64,000 nt of DNA from Octopus vulgaris (GCA_951406725.2 OX597834.1:18910001-18974000); one strand, 5' to 3'. Counted from the stretch's first letter, positions 24,825-37,852 are shown. Program-made: numbers and translations. The notes: generated by a model from the sequence alone, not told the origin.

Positions 24825-25275
24825 TTAACCCTTAAGTATTCAGCTTAGTCTGTGTAATGCGAAACTTGTTTATTCACATTCTTTTGAATTAATTATGCAT
24901 TACCTCAAAACTGTGAGATTTTGATAATGTAATTGATTATTTTTTAGAATGACATTGTAGGTTAGGTGAAAAAAGCCAGATGTGGTCGGTTTGAACATAA
25001 AACAAATAGAATAGTCAGGATAGATATGGCCTGTAAAATGCTAAGGGTTAACCCTTAAGCATGCAGATTATTCTGTTAAACGTAATGCTTATTTATTCAG
25101 ATGTGTTTTGAATTAATCATTCATTATGTCATTGCTTCAATATTTTGATAATGTGATTGTTTATTTGTAGAATGAAATTGTAGGGTAGATGGGAGAGGCC
25201 AGATCTGGCCTGTTTTAATGTAACACAGGTAGAATATCTGGGCCAGATATAACAAGTTTAAATACTTAATGTTAA
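24825..25275. mobile_element. Two tandem piggyBac-like P1 MITEs sharing one TTAA (25048-25051)
   Basis: TTAAccctt...aagggTTAAccctt...gTTAA; each is colinear with 44119-44348. Confidence 0.85.
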
Positions 25276-25569
25276 GGCTACATGTGTGTGTTAATTCAGG
25301 GACAGTAACTCAGTTGATTGAACAACTAAATTCTCATAGTCAAATGATGGAGATCCACCATAGTTGTAAGTGTTAGATTAATGTGACCCTTCCGAAATAT
25401 GGGATTGTAGTGGTTTCTGTGGTCACAGTTTAGCTGAATGGTTTCAAAGCCCTGGTTTTAATCCTACTACATGGCATCTTGGGAAAAATGTTATTTTCTA
25501 CAACCTAAGAGTGACTCACAGCCTTGTCGGTGAAACTTGGGGAGATGGAAACTGTATTGAAACCCATCA

Positions 25570-25700
25570 GAGCCTAGTACTTATTCTTTTGGTCTATTTT
25601 GCCAAACTGCTAAGTTATGGGAAGATATACATGCCAACACCAGTTGTCAAGTGGTGATGGGGACAAACACACACACACCCACACACAAACATGACAATAA
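25570..25700 (-). mobile_element. Family A SINE fragment
   Basis: cctagtacttattc...ggggacaaacac. Confidence 0.75.
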
Positions 25701-26023
25701 ATAGAATACTAGTCATACACAGTGATTGATTCTTCTTCTCTCTCTTTTTCATTCTCATTTTCTTTGCTCAAAATGAAGAGAGATATTCTTTTCCAGGTTT
25801 AAAATGCCAAGGACACCCTATACATTGCAACAGTGTCCCTCCAACTCCTACAAAAGTCGAACGCTCTAATTTACACACATGCACACATACACACATACAC
25901 ACAGACAATCATACATGCATGCACATACACACACACACAAAGGGATTTTGTATAATTTCTTTCTGCCACATTTCGCCTACAATATGTTAGACAATCTAAA
26001 GCCGTAGTCGATGACATTTGCTT

Positions 26024-26622
26024 AAGATGGGGCTTGAACCCAGAACTATATGTGATTGCGAAGCAAACTTCCTAACCACTGAGCTATGCTTGTACCTAAT
26101 GTTCCTTTATTTTATCTACACATTTACTACCATCTGTATCAGTGTCCTCTCAAAAATCAATATGCACTTCACCTTTTACCAAGATTTGCAAATCTGTTGT
26201 AAAACATCTCTGTCACTTAATTCAAGATGGGGCTCGAACCCAGAACTATATGTGATTGCGAAGCAAACTTTCTAACTACTGAGCTATGCTTGTATTTAAT
26301 GTCCCTTTATTTTATCTACACATTTACTACCATCTATATAAGTGTCCTCTCAAAAATCAATATGATCTTCACCTTTTACCAAGATTTGCAAATCTGTTGT
26401 AAAACATCTCTGTCACTTAATTCAAGATGGGCTTGAACCCAGAACTATATGTGATTGTGAAGCAAACTTTCTAACCACTGAGCTATGCTTGTACCTAATG
26501 TCCCTTTATTTTATCTACACATTTACTACCATCTATATCAGTGTCCTCTCAAAAATCAATATGCACTTCACCTTTTACCAAGATTTGCAAATCTGTTGTA
26601 AAACATCTCTGTCACTTAATTT
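26024..26622. repeat. Tandem repeat, 3 x 200 bp
   Basis: aagatgggg-cttgaacccagaac at 26024, 26224 and 26424. Confidence 0.95.
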
Positions 26623-27299
26623 CAGCCTGGTTAAAAGCAGGCGAGTTTGATTTAAGTATCCTGTCAAAAGTCCCAGTACAGCATTTATGCTGAGATATGG
26701 ATCGAGTGCTCATCAATCTGTTTGGTTGACAGCTCATTTCCTTTTATTATCCATGTTACTTTATTTACTTAAATTATGTTATGTATCTTATACTGTTTGC
26801 TTAGGTTGCTTAGAATAGATGGAATGTAGGGAGATACCTATTTAGAAAGCGCAATTTAATTTGAAGAATCATGCAACCAAATCTTCTCCCGAAACATTTC
26901 GTGTTTGTACATTAACCCTTTCATGACAATATTTCTAAGAAGAAATAGATTGCCGATAATGGGTTTCAATTAATTTTCAGAGAGATCTAAAACCTGGAGA
27001 GGGTTTAGGTAAATTAACTCTAATCTTTTATTTATTGGTATATTAAGCTAGTTATATTAAGTTAGAGCACATGGATGACAAAGCCCAGATCAATTAAGAG
27101 GAAAACTATATTTGAGAGGAATGAAATTTAGCGTGCAAAAACGATGATTTTTACCTCAGTTTTTCTCTTCTCAAAAGTATGCTAAAACCCTTTGGGAGTT
27201 CCAAGATATTTTTCCCAAATTTCCTGCTGTCTTGCTTTCCTTACCTCCCTCATTCTCTCCTCATTTCTTGCACTCCATCACCCCATTAGTGTGAGTGTG

Positions 27300-27349
27300 C
27301 ATATATATATATATATATATATATGCATACATAAATACATACATATGTA

Positions 27350-27380
<31 letters not shown>

Positions 27381-27627
27381 GCATACATAAATACATACAT
27401 ATGTATATTTATATATATATGTATATATATTTATACATATATATATATGTATATATATTTATACATATATATATACATATATATATTTATACATATATAT
27501 ACATATATATATTTATACATATATATACATATATATATATTCATACATATATATTCATATATATATATTTATACAGAAATATACATATATATATATATAT
27601 TTATATATATATTTACACACACACACA

Positions 27628-27679
<52 letters not shown>

Positions 27680-27718
27680 GAGAGAGAGAGAGAGAGAGAG
27701 ATTTATGCATATATATAT
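27300..27718. repeat. Long compound (TA)n/(CT)n/(GA)n microsatellite
   Basis: Directly visible. Confidence 0.95.
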
Positions 27719-28144
27719 GGCATCATTACTTTTTAATGCCTGTTTTGGATGAGTGTGTATGTGCATAGTTGTTTGCAATAGGCATTCGGTAGATGACAAG
27801 AGAGACAACCCTCTCTGGAGTACAGCTTTCGGAATTAAAAAATAAAAAGTGAATGCATTTTCCAGTCTTCAAATTTCCAGCGTGCATGCTCTGAACAGAG
27901 TGGGGAATGACTTCCAGGCAGTTGTCATTTTTGGAAAATTCTGGTCTGATACAAATACATACTGATTTTACAGCCTGATAAGGTCCCCAGTATTTTCTGT
28001 ATTATTTTGGGATTTCAAACCAGTTGTTGTTTTGTTAAGAATTTTAATATATTTCTGAATCAATAATATAATTGTGTCTAAAGCTGTCTCTATAGCAAAG
28101 TGTTTGAGAGTGAGTGTGTATGGGTATATATAGATACAGATAAA

Positions 28145-28375
28145 GGCGGGGAGCTGGCAGAACCGTTAGCACGCCGGGCGAAATGCGTAGCCGTATTTCG
28201 TCTGCCGTATTTCGTTCTGAGTTCAAATTCCGCCGAGGTCGACTTTGCCTTTCATCCTTTCGGGGTCGATAAATTAAGTACCAGTTAAGCACTGGGGTCG
28301 ATTTAATCGTCTTAATCCGTTTGTCTGTCCTTGTTTGTTCCCTCTATGTTTAGCCCCTTGTGGGTAATAAAGAAA
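28145..28375 (+). mobile_element. Family B SINE, young full-length copy
   Basis: CpG-intact; core gactttgcctttcatcctttcggggtcgataaattaagtacc; 14-bp TSD atatatagatacag. Confidence 0.92.
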
Positions 28376-29882
28376 CATATATAGATACAGCAGTGTGAAT
28401 GTATGTCTGATATAAATGTATATATTTCTATAGCAAAGTGCTTGTATGTGTGTTTATGTATATTCACACACACACACACACACATTCAAATATGCAAAAT
28501 GAAAATTTCCTTACTATACGAAGCAAGTCATTTGAAGATTGCCAAACTCGTGTCGATTGGTTGATAAGCTAACAAGTGATTTAGCTGTGTTCCTCCTAAT
28601 CCATGGTATCTTTACTCCTAGAAAGAATCATAAACTGTGACAGATTACTCCAGCAAGAAGAGAAGTCTAATATTGCTGACTAATGAGACATTTGCTTATT
28701 AAATAGTTCTGTTGCGGCTTCCAGTACCTGTTTTACAGGTGAGTGAACTGAGCCAATAAAAGCCATAGTACAAAGTGAAATGTTAAACTTTAAACCCCGA
28801 CAGACTGACACACAGCAATATTTATTTATGATTATATTTGTGAAAAATTATAGGGAAAAGTATAAGTAGGAGTAAAAGATACTTCTGTTTCAGCAAAAGA
28901 TTACATCTGTGTGTGTGTGTGTGTGTGTAGTGTGTACATGTTTTCTGTTTAGTAGAGCTATGCAATTAAGGACAAGTGTCTGAAACGTTGGACATTTCAC
29001 TCCTCCTTGCAAATTATCTCACTTTTATTCCTCTTCTATCAACTTTTATATATTTAATAGATGGGTTGCATAATCAAGAAAGTCTAGCTATTCACACATG
29101 CCGGTAATAAGTTATTGATGAGACTTCAGCTGTAGGTTAACACGGTCTTCATCCTTCTCAAGTCAATAAATTGGGTAACACTATTGTTGGAGTGTAAAGC
29201 AGATGGATTAGTGAAAGTAACGAGAGTTTGAAATTTTAATGTGACGTTTGATTGGTTTAGAGCTTGAAGTTTGACATCCACTAGACATATTATTGACTGT
29301 ATTCTCAGGTCATGGAAAGGAGACCTATTTATTGTGATGCAATTTTGCTGCTTTATAAGGACTTAATTTTTTATTTATTAGACGTTGGAAATTGTAAGTC
29401 ATTCATTTGTGGGAAACACAATCACTTTAGCTATGTATCATTTAGAATTTCAGGGAATTTTGTATTTGAGATTTTGTTGTCTTGAGAATTTGTTGTCTTG
29501 AGAATTTTGTATCTATCATTGAGCGCTAAATTGCCATTACAGGATTATAGCATTTGATGCCTTGTGCGAGGCTGTTGTGAATTTAGACAGAAAATGAAGT
29601 TTGTTTGTTGGTGTGCATTGATGGAGATGTCAGCCACAATAAACACAGTCTTTTGAGAAATGATAAATAGGTTAATATATACAAAGATGAATAGTCAATA
29701 ATGAGGATTGTGCACGTGTGTGCCTTGAATGTCTCTGTCTGTCTGTCAGTCTCTCTCTCTCTCTCTCTCTCTCTCTTATACACATATATACGTACAAACA
29801 CATATTGTGCATGTGTTCTGCATGTCTTTTTGTCTCTCACACATCCACACTCACAGTCACACATATACACTCACACATACAT

Positions 29883-29917
<35 letters not shown>

Positions 29918-29989
29918 TCAGGCATTTGAGTTCTGTATGCATGTCTCCCACACTCTCTCTCTCACTCTCATAACTCTCTCTCTCATATA

Positions 29990-30214
29990 CCTATTTCTTT
30001 ACTACCCACAAGGGGCTAAACACAGAGAGGACAAACAAGGACAGACAAACGGATTAAGTCGATTATATCGACCCAGTGCGTAACTGGTACTTAGTTAACC
30101 GACCCCGAAAGAATGAAAGGCAAAGTCGACCTCGGCAGAATTTGAACTCAGAACGTAACGGCAGACGAAATACGGCTATGTATTTCGCCCTGCGTGCTAA
30201 CGTTTCTGCCAGCT
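29990..30214 (-). mobile_element. Family B SINE
   Basis: Reverse complement of 28145-28375; flanked by ctctctctcatata(c/t)ctat. Confidence 0.9.
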
Positions 30215-31447
30215 CTCTCTCATATATCTATATGTGTATGTGGTTATTTCTAAGCAGTTCTTTGTCTGCTGTGGTGAAAGCACTGAAAGTTTTAAACCAG
30301 CCGAGCACCTGACAGCATCAAAAAGCATTCATAAATTAAGCAGGGACAAATTATCGCATAACAGTTTATTTATTGTCAGAATTAAATTTGAATATAGATG
30401 TGCAATAAAACTTTCCTGCTTTTACAGTATTTATTCCCACAATAATTCACAATTCAGAAAACAATTACTCTTAACGTCTCAGCATTTACTTTTCCAACAT
30501 TTCAAAAAAAAAAAAAAAAAATTTGCACTGAAGCACATTTTTGTGTTTGCCAATTCATTAACCATTTTAAACGTTGATGCTTCCTGGCCCTCGTTTCTTT
30601 TATTCTCACTGCAAATGGTAAATATATTGGTTGGCTGAAAGGTATTTATAACAATCCCCGCTATGCTAATGTCATAGCCAAGAAACCTTGAAACAGAAAC
30701 CGAAGAAAGATGACTGAAATGGGCTATAATTCACTCTCTTGATATTTCTCTGGGGACTTGTGTTTTGGGAGAAATAAATATTCCTGGCACTTAATTAATG
30801 AATAGGTCTACCGAAAATTGCTGGGTCAGAGACAAAATGTCAGCCTGTTTGGGCTTTAAAGATGGCAATATGTATTGCTAAGGGTTATCTCGTGGGACTG
30901 TGGGGTTTGGAGAGGTGTTAAGTTGATAGTAAAGACAATTCCCTTCTTCACATTTTATTTTCCCCTAAATATAATATTAAATCAATTGACCAATCAGCCT
31001 AATTGACAGGCCAATTAATATAATCAATTTATCAATATATATTTCCATAATGATACTAAAAGTAATCAGTTTTTAATTCACTAAGCAAAGTGCTGGAATC
31101 TTCCTGTCTCCTATTCCCTCCCTCAATAATGTATTAAATCATATATGATTTAATGGTAATTTATATATAAATTATAAATTACCATTCTGCCTTGCCACTT
31201 CACATGAATTTTCAACTGTAGACTCAGTAGATGATATTGTTATGGTAACAACAACTGAAGCTATTATATTTGCCCGTGTGACCACTGTCATGAAACAATG
31301 ATACTACTCAATCAAAGTATAGTAAAAGCTGGTTTTTTAAAACTAGCATCATTACTTTTATTAGTATTATTATTATTTGCCCTTCGACCTTTCAGGGTCA
31401 ATGAATTACATACCAGTCTAGTATTGGTGTCAATATAATCAACTAAG

Positions 31448-31639
31448 CCCCTTCCTCCAAAATATTTCAGGTTTGTGCCTATAGAACAGGGGTTCTTTTT
31501 ATCTATGGACCCCTTCCTCCAAAATATTTCAGGTTTGTACCTATAGAACAGGGGTTCTTTTTATCTATGGACCCCTTCCTCCAAAATACTTCAGGTTTGT
31601 GCCTATAGAACAGGGGTTCTTTTTATCTATGGACCCCTT
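31448..31639. repeat. Tandem repeat, 3 x 62 bp
   Basis: ccccttcctccaaaat at 31448, 31510 and 31572. Confidence 0.95.
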
Positions 31640-32207
31640 TGATTACTATTTTCTTCTGATGGACCCTGTAGCCATTCAATGTTTAAAAACTAGTTTTATA
31701 GAAATTTCTTTCAAAATTCCTATTTTGCTTTTAACACATTAACTTGTGTCAGGTTGAATTATGTAAAATGCCACTGAAAGAAACCAAGCTATTTCTTGCA
31801 AAATTTTTTCAAAGGCCCATAAAATACTATTCTCTCTCTTTTACTCTTTTACTTGTTTCAGTCATTTGACTGTGGTCATGCTGGAGCACTGCCTTTAGTC
31901 AAGCAAATCGACCCCAGGACTTATTCTTTGGAAGCCTAGTACTTATTCTATTGGTCTCTTTTGCTGAACCGCTAAGTTATAGTTTCTGTCTACCAAATCC
32001 ACTCACAAGGCTTTGGTCAGCCCGAGGCTATAGTAGAAGACACTTGCCCAAGATGCCACGCAGTGGGACTGAACCCGGAACCATGTGGTTAATAAGCAAG
32101 CTACTTAACACACAGCTACTCCTCGCCTACTATTGTGGAACCCTAATTTACTCTTTTGTTAGGTGGATCTCCAAAATTCTTATATGGACCCCGGTTGAGA
32201 ATAACTA
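31611..32207. mobile_element. hAT-like MITE interrupted by a family A SINE (31831-32125, -)
   Basis: Left end caggggttct after ctatagaa; right end ggttgagaataacta before ctatagta; internal atggacccc repeats. Confidence 0.55.
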
Positions 32208-32329
32208 CTATAGTAAGGATAGTAAGGATTATTGTTATTAGTAAGACAGCAAGCTAGCAGAATCATTAGTACACTGGACAAATTGCTCAGCAGTATTTCT
32301 TCCAGCTTTATGGTTCCATGCAAAAAGAA

Positions 32330-32572
32330 CCCATGCTGATGCCATGCACAAAGCACCAGTTCTGATGCCACATATAAAAGCACTGGAGCCACGTAAAAAA
32401 GCACCCAGCAGACTTTTAAAAGTAGTTGACATTAGGAAGGGCGCCCAGCCATAGAAAGCAGGCCAAAATAAGCAACTGGAACCTGGTGCGCACCTCCCAG
32501 GCTTCCCAGCTCCTGTCAAACTGTTCAAACCATGCCAGCATGGAAAGCAGATATCGAATGATGATGATGATA
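32330..32572 (+). mobile_element. Family C, diverged
   Basis: taggaagggcgcccagcc...catggaaagcag...(gat)n. Confidence 0.8.
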
Positions 32573-33562
32573 ATACTTTTTCCTTTATAAGTGAATAAAA
32601 TAAAATTGAGCACTCAAAAAAAAAAAGCTTTCGGATACAATTTGAATTTCCAGCCGACACACACCCTTTAACATCACATATCCTACTCTAGCATGAGTGT
32701 TACATATTCCTATGCATTCTTCACTATAACAACCGACTCCTCACAAGGAATTATTTCATTTGTATAGAAGTGCACTATCAACTAGGTTCGATGTCAGAGT
32801 GCATCTGAAGTGTTATAAATATCTATCCTCATGCTAAAGGAATACTCAAAAATACTGCCATAAATTTCTCTTGAGATGAAGCTTTTAAAAGTGTAAATTA
32901 AGTATTCACTTCTCTAACGTGGCTTTACTGTTTTTAAAGTACCGTCTGTCATGGCTCATTCATGTAAATATAAATGGACCAGCAACTACAATTACTATCT
33001 AGAATTTCTTTATTTTCGCAAGTAAAATTCCTTAATGTTACTTAGCACTTTTACGCTTACTTCTGCTTGGAGCATTTGTAATGGTTTCTTTGTCTTAGTA
33101 TTCCAGGTGAAATTCAATTGCCAACCAATCTAACCCTTTTAATGCTGCATTTCCAACATTTCAGTCTATGAAACAGTCATACGATTCAGAATAACTATCA
33201 CAGGTAATTCACAAAAAAAAAAAAAAGGGTGTTTTTTTTTACTCAACTGGTGTTAGTTCGAGACTAGCCCTTATTGTGCAGATCTATGATCAAAAACACT
33301 CTAGCTATGACCCTCTGCCTGTCTTTTTTTCTGACACTGTATCTAAGCCTTTTACTATTCAATGCTTCTTTACATTTTTAAGACATCGGCTATGATTTGT
33401 GGGATATTTATTTGTGGGATATTTATCTGCTACTTCTAGCAAGTCAACCATTGACACTGAGGCTTCTTTGTGGTTCGGTTGTAGTTACATAGGACAACTA
33501 TCTGATAAACCAACAAAAATTTCATAGAGAAATCTGTTTGGAAATTAGATTATTTTTATTAC

Positions 33563-33727
33563 TTAATCAGGAGGATGATTGGTGCTCATAACCCCTTTCA
33601 GGGTCTCTGACAGTGGTGTGAGGGGAAAAGGTGACTCAAACACTTCCAACGGAGTGGATGCATTTGCTTCATCTTCCTTCCTCTCACCAAAGAGTATCCA
33701 AGGTTCAAGTGTTTTTATTTCACTTGC
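33563..33727 (-). CDS. Candidate terminal coding exon (54 aa), product unknown
   Basis: Pyrimidine tract plus AG acceptor, only one open frame (ASEIKTLEPW...STNHPPD*), AATAAA immediately after the stop, non-repetitive; no recognisable homology. Confidence 0.3.
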   Translation of the reverse strand, partial: ASEIKTLEPWILFGERKEDEANASTPLEVFESPFPLTPLSETLKGVMSTNHPPD

Positions 33728-33999
33728 CTTCAAAAATACAGAGCAAGGGGACAATTTGTTGACAAAGAAATGACAAAGAAAGAATAATGTCCATAGATTA
33801 GTGATATTTTTTCAGTGCAGAATGTGCACATTCATATGCATCTGTACACACAAACAATCCCTCCCTTCTTCCCCCCACACACACACATGCACACATACAC
33901 ACATAAGCACATAAGACATGCTTTGTACATTTTCTTTCTACAAAATTTACTGAGAAAGTATTGGTCAGCTCAGGGCCTTGCAGTGGGATGAATCTATGA

Positions 34000-34320
34000 C
34001 AGAATTACGGAGATGTACTTGTATAGCAAGTGATTTGATCTGAGATCGTGTGCTGGAACAAAAACAATTGCAGCGTGGAAGGTGTTTGTAAGCCATTTAA
34101 GAAATACACAAAAGCTGTTCGATTCACTTCAACATTTAAGTTTATTTTGTCAAAATATTTTCGTCGCTATAAGACCGCGACCTGTTCACTGACAAAAATC
34201 CGAGATGCAGCACGGAATTTTGTCAGTGAACAGGTCACGGTCTTATAGCGATGAAAATATTTCGGCAAAATAAACTTAAATCTTGAAGTGAATCGAACGA
34301 CTTTTGTGTGTTTCTTGAAT
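34000..34320. mobile_element. Fold-back (Penelope-like) insertion with 108-bp inverted arms and hammerhead-like motif
   Basis: 34095-34202 is inverted at 34213-34320; flanked by direct repeat gaatctatga. Confidence 0.7.
34145..34197 (-). ncRNA. Minimal type I hammerhead ribozyme-like motif, G3:C8 variant
   Basis: UUUUGUCA GUGAACA G GUCGC-9nt-GCGAC GAAA AUAUUU UGACAAAA. Confidence 0.5.
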
Positions 34321-35441
34321 CTATGATACATGGCTGCAAAACAAACTTCTTAAATACCCAACCCTACATATGTTTCAATAATATATTCTAAAAAGAAACA
34401 TGCCTTAAAATTGTTTTAAAACAAAGATGACCACATACAATGCACTTCGCTACCAAAGAATACACATTTACTTGTATGGTACACTAAAAACATGGCTGTT
34501 TTCTAAATATCCTGGTATTTCTCATCTCACTCAAAAGCTTCTGGTACATCTGTGAACCATAAATATAATGTATGCCATGGTGCAGCAATTGAAAATGTCT
34601 GCCTTGATGGCTTAATCCTTCTGTTTTAGCAGTTTTATCTTTGCTTGTCTTGTATGCTTGCTTGGATTCTCTGGTTCAGCAAAAGAGATTAATAGAATAA
34701 GTACCAGGCTTTCAAAAGAAAAAAGTATTTCTGGGGCTCATCTATTCGACAAAAAATTCCTCAAGACAGTGCCCTAGTATGGCCACAGACTGAAAAAAAA
34801 AAGATAAAGATAACAAATAGTGTTTGTAAAGGTTTGAGCCTAGCCCCTTAACCACTTGATCACTTCACCTCTTTCCAGATATTATTTACAGCCATGGTTG
34901 TATCTTGTTTGTAATGTCTAGTGTTGATGGTTTATATTTCTGAAATCAGAAGTTGTGGACATCTATTTTGGTAGTTTACCCCTTTGTAGGGTTCATGAAT
35001 AATATATTAGCCAGTCAGATTCTAATATAAACTTAGAATAAACTCCCCTCTTTGTTGCAGAAAAAACAAAAAAAAAGAAAGTTTTCTGCATAAATAAAAC
35101 AAACAAATATAAACCTTTACATTTCAAATGCAGCATTTATTTTTAAGTGTGAAATGGCTATTAACTTTATACAAGATGGTTAGCTTCTGATTAAAAATAG
35201 ATTTCTTAACCCATGGGAAATGAATTCATTAATGTCAGTGTAACTATTGATTCCTAGATCTTTGGCCTCTGTTTCTATTTCTCTCTTTCTGTTCCTTTGT
35301 CTTTGTTTATTTCTGTCTGTTGCCTGTTTCTTGTAGAAATATACATTTATAGCACTTATAGCTGTCTGTCTATTTATTCATACTGAAGAATATCTACACC
35401 TATAGACATGTTTACTCACAGGTATATATATATATATATAT

Positions 35442-35647
35442 TCAAAATGTGACCACGTGTGTACCGTTGACGATTTTTTTTTTTCTCTGTCTTCCCTTCT
35501 CTGGATCTTTCCTTCTCCTATGTTTCCGACGAAGAGCTCCACTCAAAACGTTAAACCCTCCTTCTTTCCTTCTTTCCTGAGCGTCCAGTAATACTATATT
35601 TGTTCCATGTCCTCGTGTTGTGTTTTTTTATGCTTTCTTGTTTGGAT

Positions 35648-35651
<4 letters not shown>
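35442..35651 (+). mobile_element. Penelope-like remnant between TA runs with a decayed minimal hammerhead (35522-35556)
   Basis: gttt ccgacga a gagc tcc actc aaaac gt t aaac; same layout as 55912-55947. Confidence 0.55.
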
Positions 35652-35697
<46 letters not shown>

Positions 35698-35699
<2 letters not shown>

Positions 35700-36040
35700 A
35701 TCATCATCAACGTTTAACATTCGTTTTCCGTGCTAGCATGCGTTGGACAGTTTGACCAGGATCTGGGAAGCCAGGAGGCTGCACCAGGCTCCAGTCTGAT
35801 CAGGCAGTGTTTCTACAGCTGGATGCTCTTCCTAGCACCAACCACTCCAAGAGTGTAGTGGCTGTTTTTATGTGCCACCGGCATGGGTGCCATTGACCTG
35901 ACATTGGCCACGACTGTGGTCTCACTTGGTTGACAGGTCTACACAGCATGGTATAACACAGCATGGTATATCCCCAAAGGTCTTGGTTACCTGTCACTGC
36001 CTCCATAAGGCCCAATGCTCAAATGGTGCTTTTTACATGG
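35698..36040 (-). mobile_element. Family C copy including upstream unit
   Basis: (cat)n, C 3' end, then sequence related to the units at 13245-13750. Confidence 0.8.
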
Positions 36041-36117
36041 CATTACATAGTAATGATATCATTGTATCATTACTCTAATGATATATATATCATTATAGTA
36101 ATGAATATAGATATATG

Positions 36118-36262
<145 letters not shown>

Positions 36263-36865
36263 TGTAGGTGTGCATAACCTTACCAGTACATGTCAGGTTT
36301 CAGTAAACTGGGTGATTGGTAAACTCAAATTGGCCTTCATTTTATTCTGATTGCCAATGTGAAAGACAAAGGCACAAGTATAAGGAACTAAGGACTTTAG
36401 CAAAAACAAACAAACAAAAGCAAAAACCCAGAAGAAAGAAAAAAAAAGGCAACGGCAGTAATAAATGATGGAGATATTAACAACACGAAAGATAACATTT
36501 TCAAAAACAAAATAATAGCAACGCAATTAAATGATAGTGGTGGCCACAACAAGAACAATGTCAATACCAAAAGTAACAGATGAAAAAAGAAAAAAATAAC
36601 AGTTGCAACAAAAGCCACAACAATAATTGTAATTGAACAGCAAGAATAATAGCAAGAACAATAGAAAAATATCATCAAAACTGGAATTGGTATAAATATA
36701 AACAATAGCCATAATAAAAATCAAAGCATTTGTAACAAGAACTCAATAGAAACAACATGAACAAGGGAACAATAACAGTGTCCAAAGGAGAGAATGTAAA
36801 AGAGAAAGCATTTATTAGGACTGGAGTGTTTTATCAAAAGCCTCAGGTTAAACTAATGGTTAATA

Positions 36866-37036
36866 CTCTCTTTTACTCTTTTACTTATTTCAGTCATTTG
36901 ACTGGGGCCATGCTGGAGCACCGCCTTTAGTTGAGCAAATCGATCCCGGGTCTTGCCCAAGGTGCCACACAGCGGGACTGAACCCGAAACCATGTGGTTG
37001 GTTAGCAAGCTACTTATCACACAGCCACTCCTGCAT
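36866..37036 (-). mobile_element. Family A SINE with internal deletion
   Basis: Tail joined directly to head at gatcccgggtcttgcccaagg. Confidence 0.85.
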
Positions 37037-37229
37037 CTATACTGTGAATTTGGTCTTAACATATTTAATATTGTGAGCCAAAAATATGTTTTTTTTTTTA
37101 TTAATTCAACCCATTTCTGACCCTATTTTCAATAAAATGCACTATTTGTGTGGTTCAGTTAATTTTTTAAGATAATCAAAATATTTTAATGAAGCAATTA
37201 ACTCTTTTCCTTACTAAGCAAGTAATACG

Positions 37230-37630
37230 ATGGTGAGCTGGCAGAAATGTTGGTGCACTGGACAAAATACTTAAATTGCATTTTTTCTTTCAGCATTTTA
37301 CTTCTTTCAAAGTCGACAAAATAAAGTACCAGTGGAGTAGTGAGATTGATGTAAGCGACTAATCCCCTCCCTCAAAACTGCTGGCCTTGTGCCAAAAATT
37401 GAAAGAATTATTTAGCAGAGTATAGGATGATAGATTGGTGGACTTGTTAGAGCAGCTGGCAAAATACCATGCAGTATTTAGTTATGGCTTTTTATGTTCT
37501 GAGTTCAAATCCTGCTGGGGTCAACTTTCTCTTTCATCCTTTCATGGTTGGTAGAACCAAGGAACAGTTAAGTGCTGGAGTCTGTGGTATTGACTGAGCT
37601 TTCCCTTCAACATTGATGGCCATGTGCTTC
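37230..37630 (+). mobile_element. Two diverged family B SINEs
   Basis: ggtgagctggcagaa head; ctgagttcaaatcc...tttcatccttt. Confidence 0.65.
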
Positions 37631-37852
37631 TATAATGTTTGATGTATAACATAAGGTTCTTACATTAAAATTATGATGAGAGGACTTAAAAAGCATTTTA
37701 AAACAAGAACCAGAGGCAGTAACAGGTGGGTTGGTATCATAAGGGTTAACTTACACTCATGGTGAGGAGAAATAAATTACCCATTGGCTTAATTATCAAA
37801 TTCAGGGAACCAATCCTGAAATCTAATTAAATTAAATTAAAAGTTCAATGTA

